Shown: positions 1 through 13,500 of the stretch, in pieces | Layout of the letters: every line of letters begins with the position of its first letter | How positions within the stretch are numbered: the stretch's first letter is position 1 | Assembly: GCF_009914755.1 (NCBI RefSeq) | Contig: NC_060947.1 | Origin: the human T2T-CHM13v2.0 reference genome, Homo sapiens | Length of the DNA stretch: 64,000 nucleotides | Direction: 5' to 3' (one strand) | Position numbers and translations under genes: made by a program | The notes under the pieces: model-generated | What the model saw: only the letters and a program-made list of their open reading frames with translations | Databases searched by the model: none | What the model was told of the DNA's origin: nothing

Positions 1-89
1 CTGCCAAACTCTGCAGATGTGTGTGTGGGCAGCCAAGTGGCTCCTGTCATCTCGTGGCAGGCAAAGCCTTTGCGGTCCTGTGAGCACCG

Positions 90-330
90 CAGCTAACCAA
101 TGGCTGTTGTACATGTGGCTCTTATGGTCACGTGAGATTCCGCACCCTCCCATTCACGTGAAGATTGAGTGCTCCGAATCCTGTCAGAGAGGTGCTTCCG
201 GCTCCACACCCTGACTCAGGCGGAAGTTTTATTGGACTTCGGCTCAGATCTGAAGCCTTCCGGCAACTTTCATATCCTGACGCGCTGGAAGGAAGTCTGG
301 TACGAGTGGAACCAGCCGGTACTAGAAGTT
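90..330 (+). promoter_or_regulatory. Putative CpG-containing promoter and first non-coding exon
   Basis: CCAAT near 97; two TCACGTGA (128-135, 154-161); ETS-type CTTCCGG/CGGAAGT sites (~195, ~221, ~257); candidate donor CTG|GTACGA at 300; ~1.3 kb upstream of the ATG exon. Confidence 0.55.
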
Positions 331-387
331 TACTGAGAATTGGGCTTTAAGGCGTGGCTGAGCAATCTCCAAATAGCAGAGGCTCTG

Positions 388-527
388 AGGGGGTGGGGTG
401 GGGTGGGGTGGGTGGGGGGTGCCGGGGGTGCGGGAGGGTGGGGGGTGCGGGAGGTGCGGGAGGGTGGGGGGGTGGGGAGGGTGGGGGGTGCGGGAGGGTC
501 GGGGTGTATGGGGGGTTTGGGTGGAGG
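388..527 (+). repeat. G-rich low-complexity tandem array (GGGGT / GGGAGGGTGGGGGGTGC units), G-quadruplex prone
   Basis: Many consecutive runs of >=3 G; followed by (TG)n-like 581-612. Confidence 0.85.
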
Positions 528-1650
528 TAGCGGAGGACTTCCCTAATGTGGCCGAACTTGTGAACACCTGGCAGAGAAACTGTGTGTGCGTGCGTGTGTG
601 TGTGTGCGTGCGCACCCATGCATCTATGTCTGCCATCCGCCTTGATCCTGGACTCACAGGAGCTGTTGTTGGAGGAGAAGGCACTGGGGCAGAATGTGGG
701 GCTGGGGGATAGGGGTAGGGTTGGTAGTGGGGCGGCAGGGATTCATGAACTCGTAAGTCGTTTCTCAGGGGCAGGGCTGTGGAAGCCTGATGGGATTCCC
801 CCCCCTTCCCGCCCCCACACTAAAAGCCCTACCCTTGCCTGTCACTCTGCCCGATTCACCGTCTGTGCCAGGTGATTCTGTCCTCTGCCCCTCCTCAGAC
901 CATGTTGTTATTAAGGACACTCGAGACTGCCTAGATCCCAGTTTGTATAGACGATTCCAGACCCAATCTTAATTTCTGTCTCTTATTTGATTATGTAAAG
1001 ATTCTCTTTGTTTCCATGATTTATTTTTCTACTAAACCTTCTAAACATGGGCTCAGGGGGGTGGGCGAAAGGGAGAGAGGGGAATCGGGAATTTTTTTAA
1101 AAAGAGAATTTGATATTTCAATAAAAGTGTCCAAGTCGTCATGATGTGAAGATTCAGAATTTACTTGTTATACTTTATTTGAACTCCATTGGCTTTAAAA
1201 AGTACATTTGGGAGTGGGTGACATTTTTTTTGTGTGTGTGTGCGCTTAGGATCTCTCAGTAGCTTATAGTAGTATAGCTTCACACTCTTTTGTTTCTGAT
1301 TCTCCCCCCATCAACCCCTGATTTTCTAATGATTGCTTCTTAGATTCCTTTCTGAAAACTCTCTCCTTTTCTTCCTGTGGAAAAAAGTATAGTGAATGGA
1401 TTTAAGGTACAATCATGGGTGATAACATTTGGTACATCATGAAAGCGGTATTGGGTGAATGAAGTTGAGCAAATAGCAAGATTGTGCTTAAACTTACGGG
1501 GTTTCAAATATTGCTTGTCAGATGGTTAGAGAATATTGTCACTTGTGATATTTGATATTACATGTAGGTTGAATAATCTATTTTTCTCTCATTTCAGCAT
1601 TTCCAAGTTCGTTCTGTGAGACTGTAGTGTCAGGACAAAGCAACAACAAA

Positions 1651-1693
1651 ATGTGCTCTACTCTAAAGAAGTGTGGGACATACAGAACTGAAG
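1651..1693 (+). CDS. NXF2: NXF2 coding exon 1 (exon starts 1598 after tttcag)
   Basis: ATG at 1651, [14 protein letters not shown], donor G|GTAAAC. Confidence 0.92.
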
Positions 1694-4490
1694 GTAAACG
1701 AATACTGTAGGATTTTTTTAGATGATATGCTAATAAACAACACGAGTCTCAAAGGGGGGGCTACTTTCCCCAACTTGTATGGGAATGGAACATTTTTTTC
1801 CACAGAGCATTTGAGGTACCAGTGTTCTTCAGAAAATATTTGGGGAAACCCTGTTCAGACTACATCTTCTAACACTTTAAAACCTTGTGCCTTTGTTTAC
1901 TCAGAACAATGGAATGTGGGTTTATAATAGTTGTAATCTAGTCTGCTCATTAAGACATTGATTGTTGCTCTTTAATTCATTTTATCTCATGTCATCAGTC
2001 AGTCTCTCCTGCTTGAATCTTTGTACTTTTTTACTCTTCAGAGATACCGCCAAGCATGCATCTGATACCATGGTGGTGGCAGACAATATGTGCATAAATG
2101 CAAGTCATTAGGAAGCCTTACCTGTGGCAGCAAATAAAGTGCCCCCACTCTTGAAAACAAGGTACAACTTACCTGTCAGGACAAGCAGATGCAGTACCGC
2201 TCATTTTACACAATAAAAAACCACACTTCTTCAGAACCATTTTATTATTACTTAATAATTACAGCTGCCATAGTTTGAGCCCCTGTCATATGTCAAGCAC
2301 TGTGATAACCTCGGCTGTCATGCAAGTTACTGCATTTAACCCTCAGGAAAGTCCTGAGAGGGTGTTATCTTAATTGACAGATGAGATATATGAGTCAGGA
2401 GAGGCTGAGTGTAACGCTGTGCTTATAGGCAACCCCCAAACCTCAGTGACTTATTTCTCACTCCTGCTGCATGTTTATGCCAGGTGCATATCCTTCACGG
2501 GATGGTGGATGTTGGGTTCTGAGCCATTCTTATTGGAATGACTCAGAGACCCAAACTAATGGAGCAGCCACCATCTAGAAAGGGGTTACTCACTGCGTCA
2601 GAGTGGGAGAGAGCCGTAGAGGGTCTCAAACCAACAACCAAAGGTTCTGACCCAGAAATAACCCGTGTCACTCGTCACTCACAACCCATTGGCCAGAGCT
2701 AGTCACATGCACGGCCCTGCCCCAAGGAAGGCAGTCGGGTCGGGCAGTCCTACCAGGTGCCTGGTACAGGGGAGAATGTAAACACTTGGTAAATGGCAGC
2801 ACTGACTACTGCATGAAGGAATCAAAGCTGGGAGGGATTAAGTACTTGCCTAACATCACATCGGCCGTAAGTGACAGAATCAGGATTTGAATCCACCCAG
2901 GCGTGATTTCAAAGTCGATGTCCTTTCTGCTTCTTTCTACGCTGCCTGCTCTTCTCTTAAAGGAAGCTTATAGTAAAAATTCTTTTACATCAATGATGCA
3001 ATGCCCTCTTCCTTAATCATCTGATAGTTTAATTGAATAGACACGATGGCACTGGTTAAAAAGACCAGCACTGATAAGCCAGAGGTCTTTTCCAAATGAG
3101 GGAATGTATTGGATATTTGAATATCCATTGTATTCAATTATAAAAATAAAACCAGGTGGTAGATGAAAGGACTTTTCATTGATCATTTACTTAATGTGGA
3201 ATAATCCCCATGTCTTACCGCTATGTTGAGGAAAAATGATAAAAAAATAGAGCCTACCTTGATGAAAGTGAAAACACCATGTGAGAGAGTTGAACAAAAT
3301 TGCTAGATGTCAGTGTTTCAGAAGCGCAGGATAATGATAAAATCTCTGGCCACACGGGCAGAGAAAATTAGCGAGGTGGTGCGGGTCAGCCACTTTTGGA
3401 ATGAAGATAGTGTCACACTTACAGTGACAGAAAAGATTGAAAAAGATCACATTATGAAAAGGATGTGAAAATTTGAAAATTTAGATTAAATTGATGAATT
3501 CCAGGGGAAAAATATATATAACTTTCCAAACTGAAGGAATAGAAAACCTTGGTTTATTCAATGTATTCTTGACAAGGAATACATGCAAAGGCAAAATTAC
3601 TAGCCAACCCGAATTAGTTACATAAACGCAAATAATATAAATCAATTAATAGCAAACTAAACCCAACAATGGGTAAAGCAGATAATACAGCATGACGAGG
3701 TTGTGTTTAATCCCAAGCATGCAAGCTGAGTTTAACATTTTAAGAGATCCATAATGTAATCTAACACATTAGCTGAATAAAGGGAGGAGGACAGGACAAA
3801 TACCACAAAAGATCCAGTTAAAAAAAAAAGTATGCAATAAATTAACCAACCGGGATTGAACAACAACAATACCAATAATTCTCAGCAGATCGGTAATATA
3901 GAAAGCTATCTCTTTAAACTGACAATGGGTATCAAAACAATAGACCCCATCAGACACCACCCTTAATAGTAAAACATTAGAAGTATTCTCCTTACAATCA
4001 GAAAAGGGATAAAGATGACTGGTATGACGAATTCTGTTCAATGTCGTACTGAGTCTAGTGCAGTAAGCCATATGTCATACTAGGCAGTGCGGTAAGCTGT
4101 GATACATGCATGCCTACATACATAAATTAATACGTGTATAAAAGTGAAAAAGCTGTCAACGTGACTATCTTCATATGAAACTCAAGAGAAGCTACAGAAA
4201 ATTAAAAATAATAATGGAGATTAACAAGTTTGTTGGCTATAAGACGAACATACACAAACCATTGTAACAAAGAAAATACCATCATTATTGTAAATATACC
4301 ATTTACAACAGAAAACATGTCTTGTGAAATATACGATGAATCTGCTTACTTGGCAACTATTCCAGCACTCTTAAACATTCTTATATGCTTTCCTGTACTG
4401 TAGAGACTAGAAAGTTGGAACATGAAAGGAAACACACATGCACATGACCCCACGCATGTGCGCACACACTCTCTTTCTCTCTCTCTCTCG

Positions 4491-4538
<48 letters not shown>

Positions 4539-7500
4539 TACACTCTCACACACATACAATTTACCAGAGTCCCTTGCAGTTAGGGTCTCAAATGGGATAT
4601 TTATCGCATCAAGCGTATGTGCCAACATGAGACTCAGAGGTGGAACTGAATAACATGGGAGCCATATGTGGGGTGGACTACCCGTGATGAGGGAGGTCTC
4701 CAGTTTTCATGCGGCAGCCATTGCAGAGTTTCTAGAATTCAGTCTCTGTCATGCATGTCAATTAACGGGCAGGCAGCAGTGGTATTTCAGCTGTAGCAGT
4801 TCCATCACGTGGGTGGACTTCTCCTGGCTGTGCAGCATCCAGGCCTGCTTTTCTGGCCCTCACAGAGTTTTTGTAAGCTATGTAATATATTTTATTAGAG
4901 ATATCTTGTTTGTATAAAAGAGCTAGAGTGAATTCTGGCATAGGCAAGTTGGGACCTTGATTAACAGAGTACTTGGCAGCAAAATTGGTTGCAAGCAAAA
5001 GACCTTGAAGGAAATGGGGATCTGGGGTAGATTTGGCCCACAGGGCATAGTTGCTGACCTCTAAGCTAATAAGTTGCTGACCTCTAAGCTAATAGACTCA
5101 CTGGGTCCCCAAAACAGTGCTGAGTGGGAAGTCAGCAAAATGAGGAGGCAGCTATTGCTAGGATCCTCTGGCAAGCATAAGCCAAAAACTGAGGCTTTAA
5201 CACGGTTGTTTTCAACCTTGGTTGCACACTGCAATTCACATGGAGAGTTAAAAAATGTGGTTGCCTGGATCTAACCACGGTTCTGCTTTGATTGTTTTGG
5301 GTGTGTCCTGGTGCTAGTGAATTGTTTCAGTGTCCCCAAGTGGCTCTAATGTGTAATCATGGTTGAGAACTGCTTGAACAATTTAAATCATAAGAATGCA
5401 AGCCTTTCACAATATTTAATTTTAAAATTTTATAATTGTGGTTTCAGAATGATAATATTACAGTAATAATAAATACATAGTTACGCTGGAAAATATGAAA
5501 TAAAGATTCCCATGTAAGACATCGAGAAGATTGTCTTTTTCAAAGAGAAAGGAAATGGGAAAACACAGTGGTAAAGCCGGGGCCACCACAGGTTGTGTCC
5601 GGCTTGAAGCTAAACTGCCGGCAAGGCCAGAGCAAGGTATGGATTAAAGCTAAGTGTCTGTGAGCCCAGGGCTGATTCAGCAGTGGAGCTTCCTCTGCAG
5701 AAGACATCCACAACCCAGGATCAGCAAGGAAGGGATGGCACAAACTCAACAAATCCAATAATTGGCACTGAGGGAACAGAAAGAATGGAAGAGGCTGAAA
5801 CAGACATTAAGATAATATTTCCCCAGAGAGACAAAGGAGTGATAAAGGATGAAATTGTGTCTATTACGAAAGAATAGAAGACTGCCCAAGAAAGATGGCT
5901 TTTTGAAGGCAAGGATCTCCTTTCACTTCCTCCTGAAACTTCATTAAAACAACATCAAAGGTGAACAAATTATGGTATATCCATCAAGGGGCTTTTACTC
6001 AGCAAGGAAAAGTCAAGAACATGGATGGGTCTCAGAAACATTATGCCGAGTTAAAGAAGCCAGACCCAAAGGGGTGCAGCATGCACAAGTCCATTTGTGT
6101 GAAATCCTAGAACAGGAAGATGAATATATAGTAACGGAAAGTATATCAATGTTTGCACGGAGCCAAGGGATGAAGAGGAGATCGACTGGAAACCTTTTGG
6201 GTTGTGTTATATGTTCTATATCTTGATTGAGGTGGTAGCTAGCCCTAATCTCTGATTTTTACATGTAAGGAACCTGGGATCAGGAGAAGTTGAATGAGTC
6301 GTCAAAAGTGAGGTTAGCTTATTAATCAGAGAGAAGATATTCACACTTGATTGTCAGTAATAAACGGTTTCCATTATGCTGTATATGGGTCGATAGGAAA
6401 AGTGCTTCTCCCCAAGCACTTGACAAAACCCTGACCCGGCCATAAACATCCTCTTATACAAGTATGAAGCGTAGGTGTGAAAGTATAACCATTCTGCATT
6501 CCAGCCACCTACTTCTACACATGGTTGACATTCTCACGTGTCCCTTTACCCTGACTTGTTTGTGTTTATATTTACAAATGAAAACATAACTTCTCATTAA
6601 TATTTTCTTCTGAGGAATCATACTGTAATATACAGTTTTATAACCTGACTTTGTTTTTCTTTCCCTTTGTATCACGTGGCGTGACGAGTATTCTACCTTG
6701 TTGCTTATAGTCTGCCACTTAAACCTGAAACATTTCTTGCATAATAATACATTTTTTTTTCCTGAAAGATCGGAAACGGGAACTTAAGCTCCCTACTGAA
6801 TCCTTCCGCATAACCTGTTTCATGCTCTGAGCTTTCTGTTTTGGTTCCCTGAACCCATATGTCAGATGATTCTCCACTGGAGCCGGGGCTGCCCTGTTTT
6901 ACTACTGCCGCTTTGTAAGATACATTAATAGCTGACATGGCAACCAGATGCCACTCACTCATCTCTTTTCCTTGTCATTTCCAGGAGGACTAATAACAAC
7001 GAATGCAACTAACACGTATTTCTCCCTCAATAAACGCCAGATGTTGTACTACGTTCTCGACATAGTAATAGACAACTTATTTATAGTGCTTGTTAGGTCA
7101 CGGGCATTTCTCCAGGTGCTTTTCACGTGTTTCCATGTGTTAACTCACTTAATTTTTACAGTAGCCCATGAGGTAGAAACTGTTACTATCTTTGAGTTAG
7201 GGGGAAAACAAGCAAAAAGAACTTGAGTCACAGCGAGGTCACTTAGTTGCCTTGGATCATAGAATTTAGCACCAGGATTGAAATCCTGATGGATCTGACC
7301 ACAAATCCTAGGCCCATAACCAATAATGTGCGACTCTGTGTCAAGGCTGAAATGAGCAGTACGACAGGGCCCACTCAAAGTCTGCTGGGCAATGATGGGT
7401 GTGGTTTCTGGAACCAATGTCCCGACTCCAGCCTTCTGTCCAAGAGACTCATCATTGCACAGTGTTGCCCTATACCATCTCTCCTTTTTTCGGACTGTGT

Positions 7501-10500
7501 GGGAACTGTTTCTCTGGTGTTCAACTTGAAGTGAAGTAACAGGGACAGACAAGATGTACATGGACAGGAAGGAAGGAGGGTTTTCAGAGGGGAGCATATC
7601 GCCAGGATGAATTCAGTTCCCTGGAGGCGTTTTCAATGTGTGTTTCTTTGTCTTCTCTGTACTCACCCTCTTCTTTCTGACCCACACATCCATCCCTTGG
7701 CCTTTTCACCCTGTATGTCAGGTACTCATGCCCCTTCCTTGCCATGTCTACTTCATTGCAAGGGCAGTCATTTCTACTTCTCCCTTTGACAATATCAGCC
7801 ACTCTCTGGTCCCGTCATCCTTCTGTCCCAAAGGACCTGTAAAGCACAGCCGTATAATTATATGTATATATTTAGACAGAGAGTGATATATGTAATAAAT
7901 TCGAAAAGTGAAACGTCTGGATCAAAGTGTAAGAATGACTTCTGAATGGTTAGGCATATTGCAGAAAATTAGACTCACACACGGTTAGTGGAAGTGTATA
8001 TTGGTGTAAATATCATTGAAAATCCTTACGAAAATATCACTTTATGCTTAAAAGTACTCATGTGCTTCTCCTGGGAAACTGTAGAGCAGGGACTCAAAAT
8101 CTTAAACCCACTTCGAAGCCCTGGCTGTGTTCCACTGGGTTTTTTGGCCACCCCTGCTGGGGGTACTCTGTAACCCTGGTCAACCTGTGGGTATTGTTCC
8201 ATTACTTTTGTGTACAGGGAACTCTCCTACTTTCTTATTTTAAAACTATCAGTTCAAATATTAAAACACCGAGAGGTAGAAAAGAAAAAAAGCACTAAAA
8301 AGCATATTCTGAACAAGAAACAAAATTTGGCCATATATAATACATAACACATGAAAAGAAATGTGCAGTGGGATCCAGTGTTGTGTGGCAATGTGTTTAC
8401 CAACATGATTTGGAGTACATGTATCTGTAACCTAATTGTGGAAGCATGTAATACGAAACACTAATACTTGCTCGCATGGGCAACACGGACACACAGACCA
8501 CACATTCTTCCCTTTCTCTGAGACAGGGATGATGCTTCCTGTCTGTCACAAGGCTGAGTGAACACAACATGCCTGTAGGTCCAGAACATTCTTCCTACAG
8601 AGACCAGATGTCCAGAAAGCCCTATCTGCTGGATTCAGGGAACGCCTCTCCTCATTTCTGTCAGCACTATTTGCAAAAGCCTCCTTCTCTGAGATCTTCA
8701 AAGCTGCAGTTCTAGCCACAGTCTGCAGGGAGGTACTCAGTTCTATTTCTAAGGATACATTAATGAAAAAATATTAATGTTGCAGAAGAAAAGATTAATT
8801 TGTTCTAGTTTTGCAGTCAGGTTATGAAATAGTTCTGCAGCCCGAATAGCTCTGGAATAAATATAAATAGAGGTCGGTAGAAATGGTTCAGATGGATGTA
8901 TTCTCAAAAGTGGTTTTGTCGATGATCCCAAACCTACATCAAATGCATTCATTTAACAAATATTAATTAGGCCCTTATTCTATGCCAGACACTACCAGCC
9001 CAAAGTGACTCCTAATCTGAAAACCCATGGCCCAAACAGATTACACCCATCTGGTCCAAGACAGAGATCTCCACCTTATCCAAGACACCTGGTTCCCACC
9101 CCAACAGGAGTGACTAGCACAAAACATCATCCCGGCCTGCTTACAAAAAAATCTGTCGATGAGACCTGAAAGCTTGCCATTTAAGGGAGAACCAGTGCAG
9201 TCTCTGGAGGAGCACTCAGGGTATAGAGGCAGACCAATATACGTGAGGACATAATTCCTGTTCTGCCACTTACCTGGCTGGGAAATGTACCCGACATCTG
9301 TGAACCCAATATTCATGATCTGAAAAGGGACTGTGGATAAAATTCTCATGGGATTTCTGTGAGGAGGTCAAGAGAAACCTAGTGAGTCTGCCCAACACTG
9401 AGCAGATGTTGGTTGCCACTGGGCAAGGGTTGGTTTTCTTCTTATCCCGTTCTTTCCCTGCCGTAGCAGGGATGCTGATGCCATGCACTCAGTGGCATGG
9501 CAGTGATGTAGGCAGAATTCCAAACTAACACAGGAAGTACCAGTAGGAACACACGTGATGTCATAAAGGTTACTCACCACTATGTCTGTGTGGGGGGATC
9601 AGCCAGTACATGGTGGGACTTGAGGGGAAACCCAGGCGGTCTGGGTGAGAAGTACTAGCTGCTTTATAATACTCTTGAGATCGCCCGTAATTCTGGCAGC
9701 ACAACTGCGAGACAGGGATTGTGCTGAGATGCCAGAGTTCAGCAAGTGGATGTACGCCTGTGTGTGTTGTGTCTTCGGCATCTCTCTCTGTCCGGTCCCT
9801 CTGTGGCTTTTTATCACATGTGCTCTCTTCCAACACAAGGCCTTGCCTGAGGCTGTAGCTGTAGCTGTTGGCTAGCTTACACTTTTACACCTTCTTCCCC
9901 TCAGTGACGTTATTTCTGAAGTAATGTGTGTTCTCAAAAATGACTCTGACTCTTCCTGTGCTCCATATATTGACCGTGTGCCCTTAACCCTCACTTTAAT
10001 CTTTGATTTTTTTCCCTTTCATTTATGGACTTTCATGAAAATGAGTTGGTTTCTGGACATCCTCCAAATGTCACCAATAGGGGTCTTTGTTGTTGTTGTT
10101 GCTGTTGTTGAGTATTGTTATGGACTCATAACTTTTTAACATACTGATGGGCTCCAAACCGCGGTTAAAGGATTTTGAGTAAAGGAATGACAAGATTTGA
10201 CTTATGCCTTAAAAAATCACTCTGCCTCCTGTGTTGAAAATAGATGGTAGGGGAGTCAAGGGCAAAAGCAGGACAACTTGGAAGGCAGCATAATCCAGGA
10301 GACAGATGTTGGTGACCTGGCCAGGGTAGGTAGCAATGGAGGGGGTGAGAAGTGGCCAGACTCTGGATATATTTTAAAGGTAGAGCCAAGAGAAGATACA
10401 TCCATCCTGATCGGTTGGATGTAGAGTGTGAGAGAAAGAGAGCACTCCAGCCCCACTTCCAAGTTGTAGGGACCAAGCATCAGGAATGTCTAGGTCAGAT

Positions 10501-13500
10501 GCTCTGCCCACATTTAATTTCACTTCTAATGGCACACAGGGAAAGTCCCAGCAATCGAGAGGAGCAGGACTGTCCTGACAGCGGGTCACACACAGTGAAA
10601 GCAATGATGCCCCCTACAGAAGTTCATCTGAGGCCTGGCCATAATCAGTATATTGCAGAGAAGTCAGCAGTGACCGAAATTTTATTCATAAGAGTGCCCT
10701 GAGACAAGGTGTACATTTTGAAATTGGTCGAGGTCTGTTTGATGGTCCAGGAGATGGTCTACCTTCGTGAATGCTGCAAGACAGTAGAGGGGGAAAAAAC
10801 ATACATGCTCTGTTTTTGTTGTTGGGTACAGTGTGTTGGGTACGGTGTTTTATTTATGTCATTTAGATCCTGTTACTGTAGTGGTTTTCAGTATCTGCTG
10901 ATTTTCTTTCCAGTAATTCTGTCACTTGCTTAGGAAGAGTTGTCTCTTGGGCTGAAAGCATTTCGGGCTGGGCAAAAAGAAAGCTTGCTCTGGGTATTTC
11001 AAACTGAGTATTTTTGAGGGCAAGGCTGGAGGCAGGAGGGCAGCTTGGGAAGCTGTTACATCGGACCCACCTGTCATTAAAGCTCGTACTGCACTGGCAA
11101 AGAGGTATAGCTTGCTGATTGTTCACAGAATGCATTTGGGGATTGGATTTGGGAGGTGCGAGAGAGCTTGTCTCCCAGGTGTTGGTGTGGTTGTTAGATT
11201 AGAGAAGCCTGAGAGAAGGCAAGATTAGGACCCCTTCCAGGTGTGTGGCTGGTGTCTAGTCTAACCCATGGACACGCGCACCTCTGTTCTTTATAATTCC
11301 TGCTCCATTTCTCAGGAGGTTCAACACAGTTGCTTCCTCTCCCAAGATTCCTACCCTGATTGTGCCACCTGTGAGATAAGGCTCTTGTATCTGGACAGGC
11401 AGAGGAGTTTGTTTTCTGGGGCTTATGTGGCGGGTTGGCACTTTGCTAGCCCTACCATGGAGTTAGCTCACGACGTGGTACGTGGTAAGTGGACCATTGA
11501 TGTGTCTCAAACTTGTCTTTTTGTTCTCAGTTGCAGAATGCCATGACCATGGTAGCACTTTTCAAGGAAGAAAGAAAGGTGGGAGTTCTTTCCGGGATAA
11601 TTTTGACAAGAGGAGCTGTCATTATGAACATGGTGGGTATGAGCGCCCGCCTTCACACTGCCAGGAGAATGATGGAAGCGTGGAGATGAGGGATGTCCAC
11701 AAGGACCAACAACTAAGACAGTAAGTGACCAGGCAGCCTGGTTTGCACGTAGCAGCCCCCGGGACTGTGCAACCCTTTCATTCTCTGTGGTCTTCCTTTT
11801 CTTCTCTCATTAGAGAACTGACGAATGCTGGAAGTGGAATAGTGGCTGAGCAATCCTAATTGTAGCCCTGGCGTCAGTGAGTGGAGCATGTATAGGAGAC
11901 TTTCTTAGATTTAATGGATACCCGCCTTCTCTCCTCTTCCCCACAGCACTCCTTATAGCATCCGATGCGAAAGAAGAATGAAATGGCATAGTGAAGACGA
12001 AATCCGTATTACCACGTGGAGAAATAGAAAACCTCCGGAGAGAAAAATGAGTCAGAACACACAGGATGGATACACAAGGAACTGGTTTAAGGTCACAGTG
12101 AGTATCTTGGTGGGGTCTGCATTAGGTGGACTATTCTGGAACCTGATAGAAGGAAGACCACTTAAAACACCCTAAGTTGATTATTTGGAGGAGAGCTTCG
12201 GAATGGGGGGAAAGGGAGTTTAGGGCATCTATATTTGGCACAAAAATAAGAAATCATGTCAGCGGTCCTTTCTTTAGAAATCTAAGCTAAGTAGAAGGTT
12301 GGAAAGAAAGAAAAAAAAAACCCAGCTGGTTGGTTCTGTTCTCCATCCTTAGTTCCACGTTGTCTCTCCCTTCCCTCCTATTTCTTCTTTTTACCCTTAG
12401 ATTCCTTACGGGATAAAGTATGACAAGGCATGGCTAATGAATTCAATCCAGAGCCATTGCAGTGACCGCTTCACTCCGGTTGATGTAAGAGAGGATGGTG
12501 AAGCCAGATGAGTGGGCATGGGGGACGGGGAGAGGCCTGGCTCAGCAGGGGCCATTGGCCTCTGACGCTGTTGCTCTTGCCTTCACTCCCTGTAGTTCCA
12601 CTACGTCCGAAATCGGGCATGCTTCTTTGTCCAGGATGCTAGCGCTGCCTCCGCATTGAAGGATGTCAGTTATAAGATTTATGATGATGAGAACCAAAAG
12701 GTGTGTGCCGAGGGCATGCCCTGTACTTAGTCTCTGGGCAGGAGGACAGGCCAGGGGGCTGGTCATCCTCTTTGGGATTAGAGGTCCTGGTACTTACCAC
12801 CCTGCCTTCCTGCAGATATGTATATTTGTCAATCATTCTACTGCGCCCTACTCTGTGAAGAATAAGTTGAAGCCAGGCCAAATGGAGATGCTAAAGGTAA
12901 TACAGACTCAAGGATCATTGTATGCCTGCTTCCTGGACCCACCTCTTCTTCCCCTGGCCCCCTCTTTCCCTGTCACCACCACCACCACCACCACCACCAC
13001 CACCACCACCACCATCACCACCACCACCACCACCATCACCAGAGCCCCAGAGCCTCTGTCTTCATCTCTATCTCTGCAGCTGACCATGAACAAACGGTAC
13101 AATGTCTCCCAGCAAGCTCTTGATCTCCAGAATCTCCGCTTTGACCCAGGTAAGGCTGACAGCAGCAATTCTAAGACAAGCGGGGGCAGAGAGGTCTGCC
13201 TGGGAGGGAGACTTAGGAATGGCAATTTACAGAGGGGTTGGGGCTGGCTCTGGTCCAGCCAGGGCCCTCCCAGCCTTCCGATTCCCTTCTCTTGGCTTCT
13301 TCAAGACTTGATGGGCCGTGACATTGATATAATCCTGAATCGAAGAAACTGCATGGCTGCCACCCTGAAGATCATTGAAAGAAATTTCCCTGAGGTGAAG
13401 CCTTAGGCTCAGTGCTGGTATTTAGTTAGAGGGGTGGAAGGGATAAGGTGGAGGGCAGATTTGTCTCTGAGGCCCAAGATAGTAGCCGCCACTCTAACTC

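Noticed and set aside
322-875. Pro/His- and Gly-rich ORFs on both strands
   Set aside because: Artefacts of the G-rich array and (TG)n repeat
5683-5877. 64-aa ORF with protein-like composition
   Set aside because: A-rich; most likely a decayed LINE ORF1-type remnant or chance, with no splice support
11531-11536. Second AG 6 nt downstream of the exon 2 acceptor (cag ttgcag)
   Set aside because: Would only drop two residues; no evidence of use
12663-13406. 247-aa ORF as an independent gene
   Set aside because: It is NXF2 exons 6-8 plus open introns; treated as an intron-retention finding
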